Assembly (NCBI GenBank): GCA_044359535.1 | Contig: JBIKLZ010000002.1 | Location: 1 to 64,000, forward strand | DNA from: Chlamydiia bacterium | GTDB lineage: Bacteria; Chlamydiota; Chlamydiia; Chlamydiales; 2-12-FULL-49-11 | Direction: 5' to 3' | DNA length: 64,000 nt | In this document: positions 10,016 through 18,271 of the stretch, piece by piece | Numbering within the stretch: position 1 is the first letter of the stretch | Layout: each line of letters starts with the position of its first letter | Translations under genes and position numbers: made by a program | The notes under the pieces: generated by a model | Databases searched by the model: none | The model's input: only the letters and a program-made list of their open reading frames with translations | What the model was told of the DNA's origin: nothing

Positions 10016-10524
10016 TTTCCCCCTTTTGAGGGTTGTTTTGAAAGGATAAATGTATAGGAGCTCTCTAAAGATTCTTTGTTGCCCATCGTAAGGGTTAGGA
10101 TGCTTTCCTCATAATGGGGCGAAAAAAAAGGAATGTCTTCAAGGAGGGTTCTAGTAAGGGTTTCCCCTTTACTATTTGTAAGTGTGTATTTTAATTCTCC
10201 ATCCATTGTTTTAAAAAGGATGCAGTGATTTTTTCCTGAAAAGTTAGGGTCATCTTTAAAACCATTATCAAAAACAAAAGAAAGGGATTGTTCATGATCA
10301 TAAGAATGGGTTTTGATCGTTGATGGATCCATAGTTTGAGAGAATTCTGTCATTTTTTCAAAAAAAAGAGCCCTTTGAAAGACCTTAGGTCGGATAGAGG
10401 CAATTTTTGTCGACAGTTTGTGGTATGTAAAAAAAAGGGAGGTGGTAGAAAAGAGTAAAACAGCAAATAAAGAGGTGGCAATGATCACTTCAAGCAACGA
10501 AAAGTAACGGGTTTTTTTTTTCAT
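10012..10524 (-). CDS. Prepilin-type (pseudopilin-like) protein
   Basis: Basic leader KKKTRY followed by FSLLEVIIA (F+1, E+5) and a hydrophobic helix. Confidence 0.75.
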   Translation of the reverse strand: MKKKTRYFSLLEVIIATSLFAVLLFSTTSLFFTYHKLSTKIASIRPKVFQRALFFEKMTEFSQTMDPSTIKTHSYDHEQSLSFVFDNGFKDDPNFSGKNHCILFKTMDGELKYTLTNSKGETLTRTLLEDIPFFSPHYEESILTLTMGNKESLESSYTFILSKQPSKGGK

Positions 10525-10706
10525 TGGGTCGATAAAGAGGGGGTGTATCCCACAATAATTTTTTTAATGGGGGAATTTTTTGTCATTTGAATTGTCTCTA
10601 AATTGTCAAAGGAGGATTGTTTTGACCCAATTTCATCAGGGTCAATATAGACAAATTTAAAGGCACCCTTTTCTAAATCGACGAGTAAGTGAGGTTTAAA
10701 CTTCAT
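10521..10706 (-). CDS. Small hypothetical protein within the pseudopilin cassette
   Basis: GGAGG 6 nt before ATG 10706; overlaps both neighbours. Confidence 0.45.
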   Translation of the reverse strand: MKFKPHLLVDLEKGAFKFVYIDPDEIGSKQSSFDNLETIQMTKNSPIKKIIVGYTPSLSTQ

Positions 10707-11100
10707 TTTCATCCTCCAATAAAGGGGCATAGATCATTTTTTGACGGGTTAGATGAGCCCTTTTTCCATCGATAGTTAGATCAATAGTTAATAACGTCCC
10801 CTTTTTACTTGGGTCCGTTGTTTTTGTAATATGCACATGACGCTTTAAAAGAAGGGACTGATTTTTTCCAAAAGGGATGAGTTTGTCCTCAAGATCAAAA
10901 TCTAAGAGGGGAAGGCGATCTAGCGCTTGTAAAAAACTTTCATTAAAGTAGGGTTCAATTTCCATTTGTTCAAGGAGGGTGAGCTCTTTAGAAAAACTTT
11001 TATAGGGAGTGGAAGAAAAAGGGAGGAGGGTCATCGTTATAAGAAAAAAAGCGATCAAAACTTCAACGATGAGAAAGGGGGGTGTTCTTTTTTTTATCAT
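10696..11100 (-). CDS. Prepilin-type (pseudopilin-like) protein
   Basis: KKRTPP followed by FLIVEVLIAFFLI (F+1, E+5) and a hydrophobic helix. Confidence 0.7.
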   Translation of the reverse strand: MIKKRTPPFLIVEVLIAFFLITMTLLPFSSTPYKSFSKELTLLEQMEIEPYFNESFLQALDRLPLLDFDLEDKLIPFGKNQSLLLKRHVHITKTTDPSKKGTLLTIDLTIDGKRAHLTRQKMIYAPLLEDENEV

Positions 11101-11166
11101 AATATAACCATTTTTTCAAACTGTATTATAGGTGAAAATGGGATTGAAGAAAATGGGTAAATCTTA

Positions 11167-11928
11167 TTAGAGCTCTAATAATAAAAGGGGGGTAAAATTT
11201 AAGTAGTCGCAGGCTGTGCAATAGTAGCAGACCCCATCTTTCACAAAGTTTACAGGGGCATCAGGATAGAGGTTATGAAGGTGTCCATAAATACAGATGT
11301 TAATCCCTGCATCTTTAATAAGACGGGAAAATTCATTATCAGAACGATCAGGGGGGATGGGAGGGTAGTGGATCATCAATATTTTATACTTAGCCCCTTT
11401 ATCCATCGCATCTATACTCCAGGCAAGTCGATCCAATTCATTTTTAAAAATTTTAGAGTCTTGTAAAACGGTCCTTTCGTTGTATTCCTTTTTTTTGATT
11501 TTGACACCAAGAGATTCCTTGATTTCGATATATTTATAATAGTTTAGATCTGGATGGTCCCAAAGTCTTGTCCCCCCAATAGTGACGTTATTGATTGTAA
11601 AAGCATCATTATGAATGATGTGAATAGAAGGGGGGAGACATTTGCGAATTTTTGAAGGGGATTTCCACCATAAATCATGGTTTCCTTTACTCATCACTTT
11701 TATCCCAGGGAGGGAGTGAATCCAGACAAGATCCGGAAGGACCTCTTCCTCCTTTAATCCCCAGCTAATATCGCCAGCAATTAAGACAAGATCTTCAGCA
11801 CCAATCCTTTTTTCCCAATTTTCCTTAATTTTTGCGGCATGATTTTTCCATTTTTCGCCAAAAACATCCATTTCTTTATGGGGAGTGCCAAAAGAAAGGT
11901 GCAAATCCGAGAGGGTCCATACTTTCAT
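11167..11928 (-). CDS. Calcineurin-like metallophosphoesterase
   Basis: SDLHLS, AGDISW, KGNHD, MIHYPP, YGHLH; adjacent to glgC as in other chlamydiae. Confidence 0.9.
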   Translation of the reverse strand: MKVWTLSDLHLSFGTPHKEMDVFGEKWKNHAAKIKENWEKRIGAEDLVLIAGDISWGLKEEEVLPDLVWIHSLPGIKVMSKGNHDLWWKSPSKIRKCLPPSIHIIHNDAFTINNVTIGGTRLWDHPDLNYYKYIEIKESLGVKIKKKEYNERTVLQDSKIFKNELDRLAWSIDAMDKGAKYKILMIHYPPIPPDRSDNEFSRLIKDAGINICIYGHLHNLYPDAPVNFVKDGVCYYCTACDYLNFTPLLLLEL

Positions 11929-11973
11929 AAGACTAAAGATACCCTTATTTTTGATTAATTCAAAGGATTTATT

Positions 11974-13212
11974 TTACGCAGTAAGGCGTTCTCTTTCTTC
12001 TCTTAAAGAAAAATTTTTAGGGATTAAGGCCCCTTTTTTTATGACGATAATCCCATCGACAATGGTTAGGGGGCCAAAATCTAGATTAGGGTACTCTTCC
12101 CCATGAAGAGATAGATGGACCCCATCTTCAATCACAGCATTTTCATCGATCAGCACTTTTTCTAAAAAACAATTACTTCCAATGAGAGTTTTTTGGTCTT
12201 TTTTTAAAGAGCCAAGGGAAACAACGCCATACAACACAGACCCTTCCCCAATTTCGGTATTTAAACCGATCAAAGAGAGTCTGATTTCTTTTGCTTTGAT
12301 AAGACATCCATCAGCAATGATTGTCTTTTCAAGGGTACAATCCTCAATTCTTGCAGGGGGAAGGTACAAAGCGGTTGTTAAAAGGGTGGAATCTTTACTA
12401 TAAAAAATAGAAAACAAAGAAGTGCTTTCTAAAAGTTTTAAGTTAGCGGCATAGTAGGATTTGATCGTTCCAATATCCTCCCAGTAGCCATCAAAAATAT
12501 AGGCAAAGGTGTTTCCGATTTTTAGCTGTTTAGGGATAATATGCATTCCAAAATCTACCCCATCCCCTTCTTTTAAAAGGGAAACAAGAGCCTTTCTTTT
12601 AAAAATGTAAATACCCATTGAGCCTAAAAAAATGTGCTCATTAAGGGGGTGGATTTTTGTGTACTCTTTACGAGAAAGGGAAAACTTTTTTAAAAGCGCT
12701 TCGCTTTGAGGTTTTTCTATAAAGTCAATGATCCTTTTTTCCTGGTTGATCTTCATCACCCCCATTCTTTGAGCCTCTTGCTCATTAATAGGTAAAGCAG
12801 CAATGGTTAAGTCGGCACCACTTAATTGTGCACTCATCAACATCTCTTCTAAGTCCATGGAATAGAGTTGATCTCCAGATAAAATCACAACGTGTTCAGA
12901 GGCAGATTCTTCAAGGATGGAAAGATGTGCAGCAATACAATCGGCAGTCCCTTTATAGAGTTTATCTTTTGGGGATAAAATCGATACGGTGCTTCCATAA
13001 GTTTCAGAAATGTATTGATTTAAGGATGGAGCTAAAAATTGAGTGATAGCAAAAACCCTATCCCATTTAGGTTTTAGGGCATTAGAAATAGCGACATCTA
13101 TTAAGCGGTAGCGCCCTCCAAAAGGGACTGCAGGTTTTGACCGATGTTCTGTTAAAGGTCTAAGGCGAACACCTTCTCCACCAGCTAAGATAAACACAAG
13201 GGGGTCTTTCAT
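11974..13212 (-). CDS. glgC: Glucose-1-phosphate adenylyltransferase
   Basis: LAGGEGVRLRPLT, SKPAVPFGGRYRLID, LSGDQLY, FIEKP, SMGIYIF, YWEDIGTI. Confidence 0.95.
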   Translation of the reverse strand: MKDPLVFILAGGEGVRLRPLTEHRSKPAVPFGGRYRLIDVAISNALKPKWDRVFAITQFLAPSLNQYISETYGSTVSILSPKDKLYKGTADCIAAHLSILEESASEHVVILSGDQLYSMDLEEMLMSAQLSGADLTIAALPINEQEAQRMGVMKINQEKRIIDFIEKPQSEALLKKFSLSRKEYTKIHPLNEHIFLGSMGIYIFKRKALVSLLKEGDGVDFGMHIIPKQLKIGNTFAYIFDGYWEDIGTIKSYYAANLKLLESTSLFSIFYSKDSTLLTTALYLPPARIEDCTLEKTIIADGCLIKAKEIRLSLIGLNTEIGEGSVLYGVVSLGSLKKDQKTLIGSNCFLEKVLIDENAVIEDGVHLSLHGEEYPNLDFGPLTIVDGIIVIKKGALIPKNFSLREERERLTA

Positions 13213-13264
13213 GGTCTTTTTTATACTTTGTTATCTAAATATACCATTGACCTATCAAAATAGA

Positions 13265-14152
13265 TTAGGAATTACAAGGGGAATTTTTCCAAAAGGAGGC
13301 AATAAGAGCCATTTCAGAGGAGATATCTTTGCTTAATTGATCATTTTTAGACAGTTCAATAAATATTTTCCGGTCACTGTCGGCCTCTAATCCCTCGCAA
13401 ATACAGATTAAATAGGAAAAGTAAGCGCTGTGGGGAATGCTTTCCTTTAAAGAAATAAGGGATAAAGCAAGTTTTGCGGTCTCAGGGCTTGTAGGAAAAG
13501 AGGATAAAGCCATAGCAGCAAAATAGTTATCCTTTGTGTATGGGGTTGCCGCTAACCTTGCCCTTAAAAAGTCTTCTCCTTTGTGGCCAAAGGAGATAAG
13601 AGTTTGAATAAGAATTTCATCAATAGAAAAACTTTTTCCTAAGGCTTGAAAAAGATAGGGGATGGCTTCATGAGATCCAATTTTTTTTAAGGTAAGGGCG
13701 ATGTTGATAGGAGCCCTTCCATATCCAGGGTTGAGGGGGTTATAAAAGTGATCTTGGGTCAATATTTCAACTAAGGGCTTAATGGCACGCTCATTAAATG
13801 CGGCTAAGGCATCTATTTCTTCTTTTGGGTCCCACGATTCAGTTAAAATAAGATCTGCAAGTTTTTTTAATAAAAGGTCGTCCCCTTCATAGCAATGACG
13901 AAATTTTTTATAGAGTTCTTTGGAAAAAAGAACATCATTTATTGCAAGCTCAGGGAGAACTTCTGCAGATAAATGGGAAGTGTTATCAAAAGAAGCAAGC
14001 TCTTGGATCCGTTCAATATCAAAATCTTCTTGAACTCCAATGCCATCGGATTGGTAATATTCAATCATCACATCAAAAGAGCCCCCAAAATGAGCATCTT
14101 TATGCATTAAAATTTCTAGATCGATCGTATTGAGAAATGGGATGTCGTTCAC
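13265..14152 (-). CDS. Hypothetical alpha-helical (HEAT-like) protein of chlamydial type
   Basis: 295-aa ORF with SD AAGGGGG; ILMHKDAHFGGSF motif and HEAT-like segments AIKPLVEIL and AIPYLFQAL. Confidence 0.6.
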   Translation of the reverse strand: MNDIPFLNTIDLEILMHKDAHFGGSFDVMIEYYQSDGIGVQEDFDIERIQELASFDNTSHLSAEVLPELAINDVLFSKELYKKFRHCYEGDDLLLKKLADLILTESWDPKEEIDALAAFNERAIKPLVEILTQDHFYNPLNPGYGRAPINIALTLKKIGSHEAIPYLFQALGKSFSIDEILIQTLISFGHKGEDFLRARLAATPYTKDNYFAAMALSSFPTSPETAKLALSLISLKESIPHSAYFSYLICICEGLEADSDRKIFIELSKNDQLSKDISSEMALIASFWKNSPCNS

Positions 14153-14235
14153 GGGTATCCCCCTTAAAAGGATATAGATTTTAGGTTTTTTTGGGAAATA
14201 AAGCTACCAAAAACTTTATTTCAAAAAAATTGCAT

Positions 14236-15144
14236 CTAAGGGTGAGTATTTATCTTTTTTAAAGTATCAAAAACATCACTTGCATTATAAGAGGAGCGTA
14301 TATAGGGGCCTGCATAGACAAAGGGAATACCTAAAGCCTCTCCTTGGATTTTCCATTGAGTAAATTCTTCAGGGGGGATATAGGATTTTACCCGAAGCTT
14401 TTTCTTTGAGGGCTGCAAATATTGACCTATGGTGACAATATCCACCGATGCTTGATGAAGATCCTTAAGAGTGCTTAAGATTTCGTAAGAGGCTTCACCA
14501 AGGCCAAGCATGAGCCCAGATTTAATAAAACTTTTTGGGAGCGATCTTTTCGCCCTGTTTAATACTTCAAGGGTCCTTTCGTAGGTGGCTTTATGCCGCA
14601 CTTTTGGGGTGAGTCTGTGTACTGTTTCAATATTATAATTAAAAATTTCTGGGTTTTCTTCAAAAATAAGGTCAAGGGCTGAAAGGTTTCCATTAAAATC
14701 AGAGGTAAGGACTTCAACGGTGCACTCTTTATTTTGTCTTCGTATTTCTTTGATCACATCAACCACTGCTTTTGCCCCTCCATCGGCTAAATCATCTCGG
14801 GCAACTTGGGTGAGGACAACATGTTTTAAACCAAGAATGTGTACCGATTCAGCTACTTTTCTAGGTTCTTCAGGGTCTAAAGGAGGGGGAGTTTTAGAAA
14901 ATCCAATGTCACAAAATCCACAAGCGCGGGTGCAGGTCTTTCCAAGGAGGAGAAATGTAGCTGTTTTTTTGCTATAACACTCAAAGCGATTAGGACATTT
15001 TGCCTCTTCACAGACAGTAGCAAGCATTTTTTCATTGATTAAGTTGTCCGTAATGCAGTAGTGGGATTTATTAGGGAGCTTTCTATGTAACCAAGAGGGG
15101 AGTTGTTCTTTTTCAGTCAGGATATGAAGGGGGTGAGATTTCAT
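14236..15144 (-). CDS. lipA: Lipoyl synthase
   Basis: TVCEEAKCPNRFEC, CTRACGFC, TIGQYLQP, IRSSY. Confidence 0.97.
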   Translation of the reverse strand: MKSHPLHILTEKEQLPSWLHRKLPNKSHYCITDNLINEKMLATVCEEAKCPNRFECYSKKTATFLLLGKTCTRACGFCDIGFSKTPPPLDPEEPRKVAESVHILGLKHVVLTQVARDDLADGGAKAVVDVIKEIRRQNKECTVEVLTSDFNGNLSALDLIFEENPEIFNYNIETVHRLTPKVRHKATYERTLEVLNRAKRSLPKSFIKSGLMLGLGEASYEILSTLKDLHQASVDIVTIGQYLQPSKKKLRVKSYIPPEEFTQWKIQGEALGIPFVYAGPYIRSSYNASDVFDTLKKINTHP

Positions 15145-16529
15145 GTGCCTCTTCTTGGTAAATGGATGGGTTGGTTAAGTCCCACTTCTGCCGCTTCAGC
15201 AATGCTTTCAGGCATCGTGGGGTGGGCATGTATTGTGTCTATGATGGCTTCTAAAGTGAGTTCATTTTTTTGTGCAAGGGCAATTTCGGCAATAAGAATT
15301 GAAGCCCCGTAACCCACAACAGTCCCTCCAAGGACCTCATGGTGCTTTTCTCCATAGACAATTTCAACAAAACCCTCATCTTCTTGCATCGCCTTAGCCT
15401 TTCCAAGGGCGGCAAAAGGAAAGGTCGCGCCTTTTGCCGTAATCCCTTGTTCTAATGCCTTTTCTAAGGTAAGACCGACAGTGGCAATTTCTGGATCGGT
15501 AAAGATCACAGCGGGGATACAACTATAATCGGCCTTTTTGCCCTTGCCTGCAATATTTTCTGCAGCTAAAATCCCTTGATAGGATGCTGCATGAGCAAGC
15601 ATTGATTTTCCTGTAACATCCCCTATTGCATAAATATTAGGGATCGAGGTTTGAAGAAATTCATTTACTTCGATATACCCATATTTATTGGTTCCAAGAC
15701 CTACAGCATCAAGATGAAGTCGGTCGGTAAAAGGTTTTCTTCCCGTAGAAATTAAGACACTATCCCCATGGATTTTTGTCCCATCAGAAAGGGTGCAGCA
15801 AAGAGTGTCAAAAGAGGGCTCTATTGAAGTTAGCCCCTTCCCTAAAAAAAGATCTATCCCCCTTTCCTCGAATTTTTTTGTTAAAGAGGTGGCAATTTTT
15901 TCTCCTTGGGAAAGGACAAGCTTTTTAAACACTTCAACAATGGTTACTTTTGATCCCAGTTCTTTAAATAAAGAGGCAAATTCACACCCGATGTAGCCAC
16001 CCCCAATAACAATAAGGTGGTTGGGTATTGTTGTGATTTCTAAAATGGAGGTGGAATCATGAATGTTTTGTTTATTAATAGGGGCAATAGGAAGGGTGGA
16101 GGGGATACTTCCTGTTGCAATAATAGTGTGTTTAGAAGTGATGACCGTGGTTGTATGAGATTTAATTTTAATAGAAGTTGGAGAGATAAAACTTCCAATC
16201 CCTTCAAAAATATCGACCCTTGCAGCATGCAATAAACTTTTTATCCCCCCACATAATTCTTGAACAACAGCATCTTTTCTTTCCTTCATCTTTGGGTAAT
16301 GGAGGGTAAACCCTTCAATTTCGATACCAAAAAAGGAGGCCTCTTTAATCGTTTTTAAAACTTTAGCATGGGCTAAAAGGGTTTTTGTTGGGATACACCC
16401 CCGTGCAAGACAGGTTCCACCTAAGATATCTCGTTCAATAATAGCTGTTTTTAATCCCAGATGGGATGCTTTAATGGCACTTACATAGCCAGCTGGCCCC
16501 CCACCAATCACAACAACATCATAATCCAT
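15141..16529 (-). CDS. lpdA: Dihydrolipoamide dehydrogenase
   Basis: VIGGGPAG, GGTCLARGCIPTK, GGGYIGCE, HAHPTMPE. Start reassigned to ATG 16529 (MDYDVVV). Confidence 0.96.
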   Translation of the reverse strand: MDYDVVVIGGGPAGYVSAIKASHLGLKTAIIERDILGGTCLARGCIPTKTLLAHAKVLKTIKEASFFGIEIEGFTLHYPKMKERKDAVVQELCGGIKSLLHAARVDIFEGIGSFISPTSIKIKSHTTTVITSKHTIIATGSIPSTLPIAPINKQNIHDSTSILEITTIPNHLIVIGGGYIGCEFASLFKELGSKVTIVEVFKKLVLSQGEKIATSLTKKFEERGIDLFLGKGLTSIEPSFDTLCCTLSDGTKIHGDSVLISTGRKPFTDRLHLDAVGLGTNKYGYIEVNEFLQTSIPNIYAIGDVTGKSMLAHAASYQGILAAENIAGKGKKADYSCIPAVIFTDPEIATVGLTLEKALEQGITAKGATFPFAALGKAKAMQEDEGFVEIVYGEKHHEVLGGTVVGYGASILIAEIALAQKNELTLEAIIDTIHAHPTMPESIAEAAEVGLNQPIHLPRRGT

Positions 16530-16584
16530 TAAAAACGCCCTTTTTTTGAGAGTATACAAAAAAAAGGTTTATATCAAAATAGAT

Positions 16585-16959
16585 TCATTCCTCGACTCTT
16601 TCTTTAAGATGTGCTTGAGCAAGTAAAATTATCTTTGATTCTAATGAGTAAAGAGCTCTTATGGTTTTTGAAATCTCAGCTTTTGGGGTTTCAACACTGG
16701 CTTTTATATTTTCATACATTAAAAAGGCTTTGGTTAAAAGGGTTTCAATCTCCTCTGGAATGTTTTCCTTTTGCGTTTCAAAATGCCCCTTATAGAAATC
16801 AATCGTAGAACCAAATTCTTTCATAAGGTCTCTGACACTACTATAACCATTTGCGAATACAGCTAAAAAATTAGCAAGAGAGGATCGGCTTTTTTGTATT
16901 AAGGATGGGAGTAGAAAAGCTTGGTTAAGGGCACTTGTAATTCTAGAATATTGTTTCAT
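16585..16959 (-). CDS. Hypothetical helical protein (start coupled to, or frameshifted from, an upstream 26-codon ORF)
   Basis: 124-aa ORF whose ATG overlaps the TAA of an SD-led upstream ORF (TAATG). Confidence 0.55.
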   Translation of the reverse strand: MKQYSRITSALNQAFLLPSLIQKSRSSLANFLAVFANGYSSVRDLMKEFGSTIDFYKGHFETQKENIPEEIETLLTKAFLMYENIKASVETPKAEISKTIRALYSLESKIILLAQAHLKERVEE

Positions 16960-17039
16960 TAATTGAGGGGATTGTCCAAATTAATTCCTAGATAACTTGT
17001 CGCTTCGTCTTTATTTAATGAATGTACTAGTGGGTCCAA
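16959..17039 (-). CDS. 26-aa ORF MDPLVHSLNKDEATSYLGINLDNPLN (uORF or frameshifted N-terminus)
   Basis: AAGGAGG at 17050-17044, TTG at 17039, TAA at 16961-16959. Confidence 0.4.
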   Translation of the reverse strand: MDPLVHSLNKDEATSYLGINLDNPLN

Positions 17040-17116
17040 AGTGCCTCCTTTAATAGTAAACCTCGACATTTAAATTTTTTTTACTATTATTCAATAAAAA
17101 ATTGAATTTAAATTTT

Positions 17117-17824
17117 ATGAGAGAAATAGCTGTTAACGATAAGATTCTTATAGCTCACAAAGCAGCCAATAGTTGGATGCCCGAAAATACCTTTGAATCG
17201 ATGAAAAGGATGGAAGAAAAGGGGGCAAGGTGGTTTGAGATCGATTGCTTTCTTTTAAAAGATGGAAATATCGCAGTGTTTCATGACCTTACGCTAGATA
17301 CGTTGACAACTGGAAGGGGCAAGATTACTGAAAAGAGGGCGTCGGATCTATTAAACGTCTTTGTTTACCCTACAAAAATTGAAAGGATTCCCCTACTTTC
17401 CCCCCTTTTAGCCTATGCCTATGAAAGAAATCTTCATATAATGATTGAGGTTAAGGATAAAAACCCTAAAATTGTAAAAAAAATAGATCAATTAATCAGT
17501 GCATATAACTCTGATCTTTTTGTAATATATTCTTTTCATAAGGAGATACTATTGGCATTTAAACAGCTCCAGCCAAAGTATTCATTGAGGTGGAATATTG
17601 AAAAGTTAACACAAAACAAACTTGGTTACGCAAAAAAATTAGGGTTAGGGATAAATTTAAATAGACGTTTTCTCTTTAAATCGGATATAGAGAGGATAAC
17701 AGCTGCTGGGTTAGATCTGCACGTCTATACGGTAAATAGTCGAAAAGAGGCAAACAAGCTATTTGCCCTTGGGGTTAAAGCAATTATTACCGATAGGCTG
17801 ATAGAGGAGAAAGATGAAAACTAA
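17117..17824 (+). CDS. Glycerophosphodiester phosphodiesterase (UgpQ/GlpQ family)
   Basis: IAHKA (AHRG variant), PENT, FEIDC, VFHD, IEVK, VYTVN, IITD. Confidence 0.9.
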   Translation: MREIAVNDKILIAHKAANSWMPENTFESMKRMEEKGARWFEIDCFLLKDGNIAVFHDLTLDTLTTGRGKITEKRASDLLNVFVYPTKIERIPLLSPLLAYAYERNLHIMIEVKDKNPKIVKKIDQLISAYNSDLFVIYSFHKEILLAFKQLQPKYSLRWNIEKLTQNKLGYAKKLGLGINLNRRFLFKSDIERITAAGLDLHVYTVNSRKEANKLFALGVKAIITDRLIEEKDEN

Positions 17825-18269
17825 TCAAAAGGTTCGATTGTGCCCTTATTGCGAAGGGTCAGTAGATATAGAATCGACCCATTGTCGATTTTGTGGAGCC
17901 TCATTTGAAGAGCCTTTACCCAAAATAAGAGGGGGCTTTGAAGAGACAATCCATTCTTCCCAATATAAACCCCCTTATATTCCTCCAACTGAGCTTTTGC
18001 AGGAAAGTGTCTTTTTCCCAGAAAATAAAGAGACAATAAAAAAGGGTTTTGCTCAAGAAGAGGATAAGGAAGAGGAAGAAAAGGGGCATATTATTGCCCT
18101 AACCCTTCTTTCTTCTGGGGGGATGCTTTTAACCCTCTCGTTACTTTTATTTTTCTTTGGAGAGCATGGAAGAGTTGTCCTTGAATGGAAAAGTAGATAT
18201 TGGAGTCTATACATGATTTTAGGAGCCCCAATGCTTTATTATGGATCTAAAAAGCTCAAAGAGCTATAA
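17814..18269 (+). CDS. Zinc-ribbon membrane protein (chlamydial type)
   Basis: CPYC-x10-CRFC at the N-terminus; two C-terminal TM segments. Confidence 0.7.
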   Translation: MKTNQKVRLCPYCEGSVDIESTHCRFCGASFEEPLPKIRGGFEETIHSSQYKPPYIPPTELLQESVFFPENKETIKKGFAQEEDKEEEEKGHIIALTLLSSGGMLLTLSLLLFFFGEHGRVVLEWKSRYWSLYMILGAPMLYYGSKKLKEL

Positions 18270-18271
18270 AT

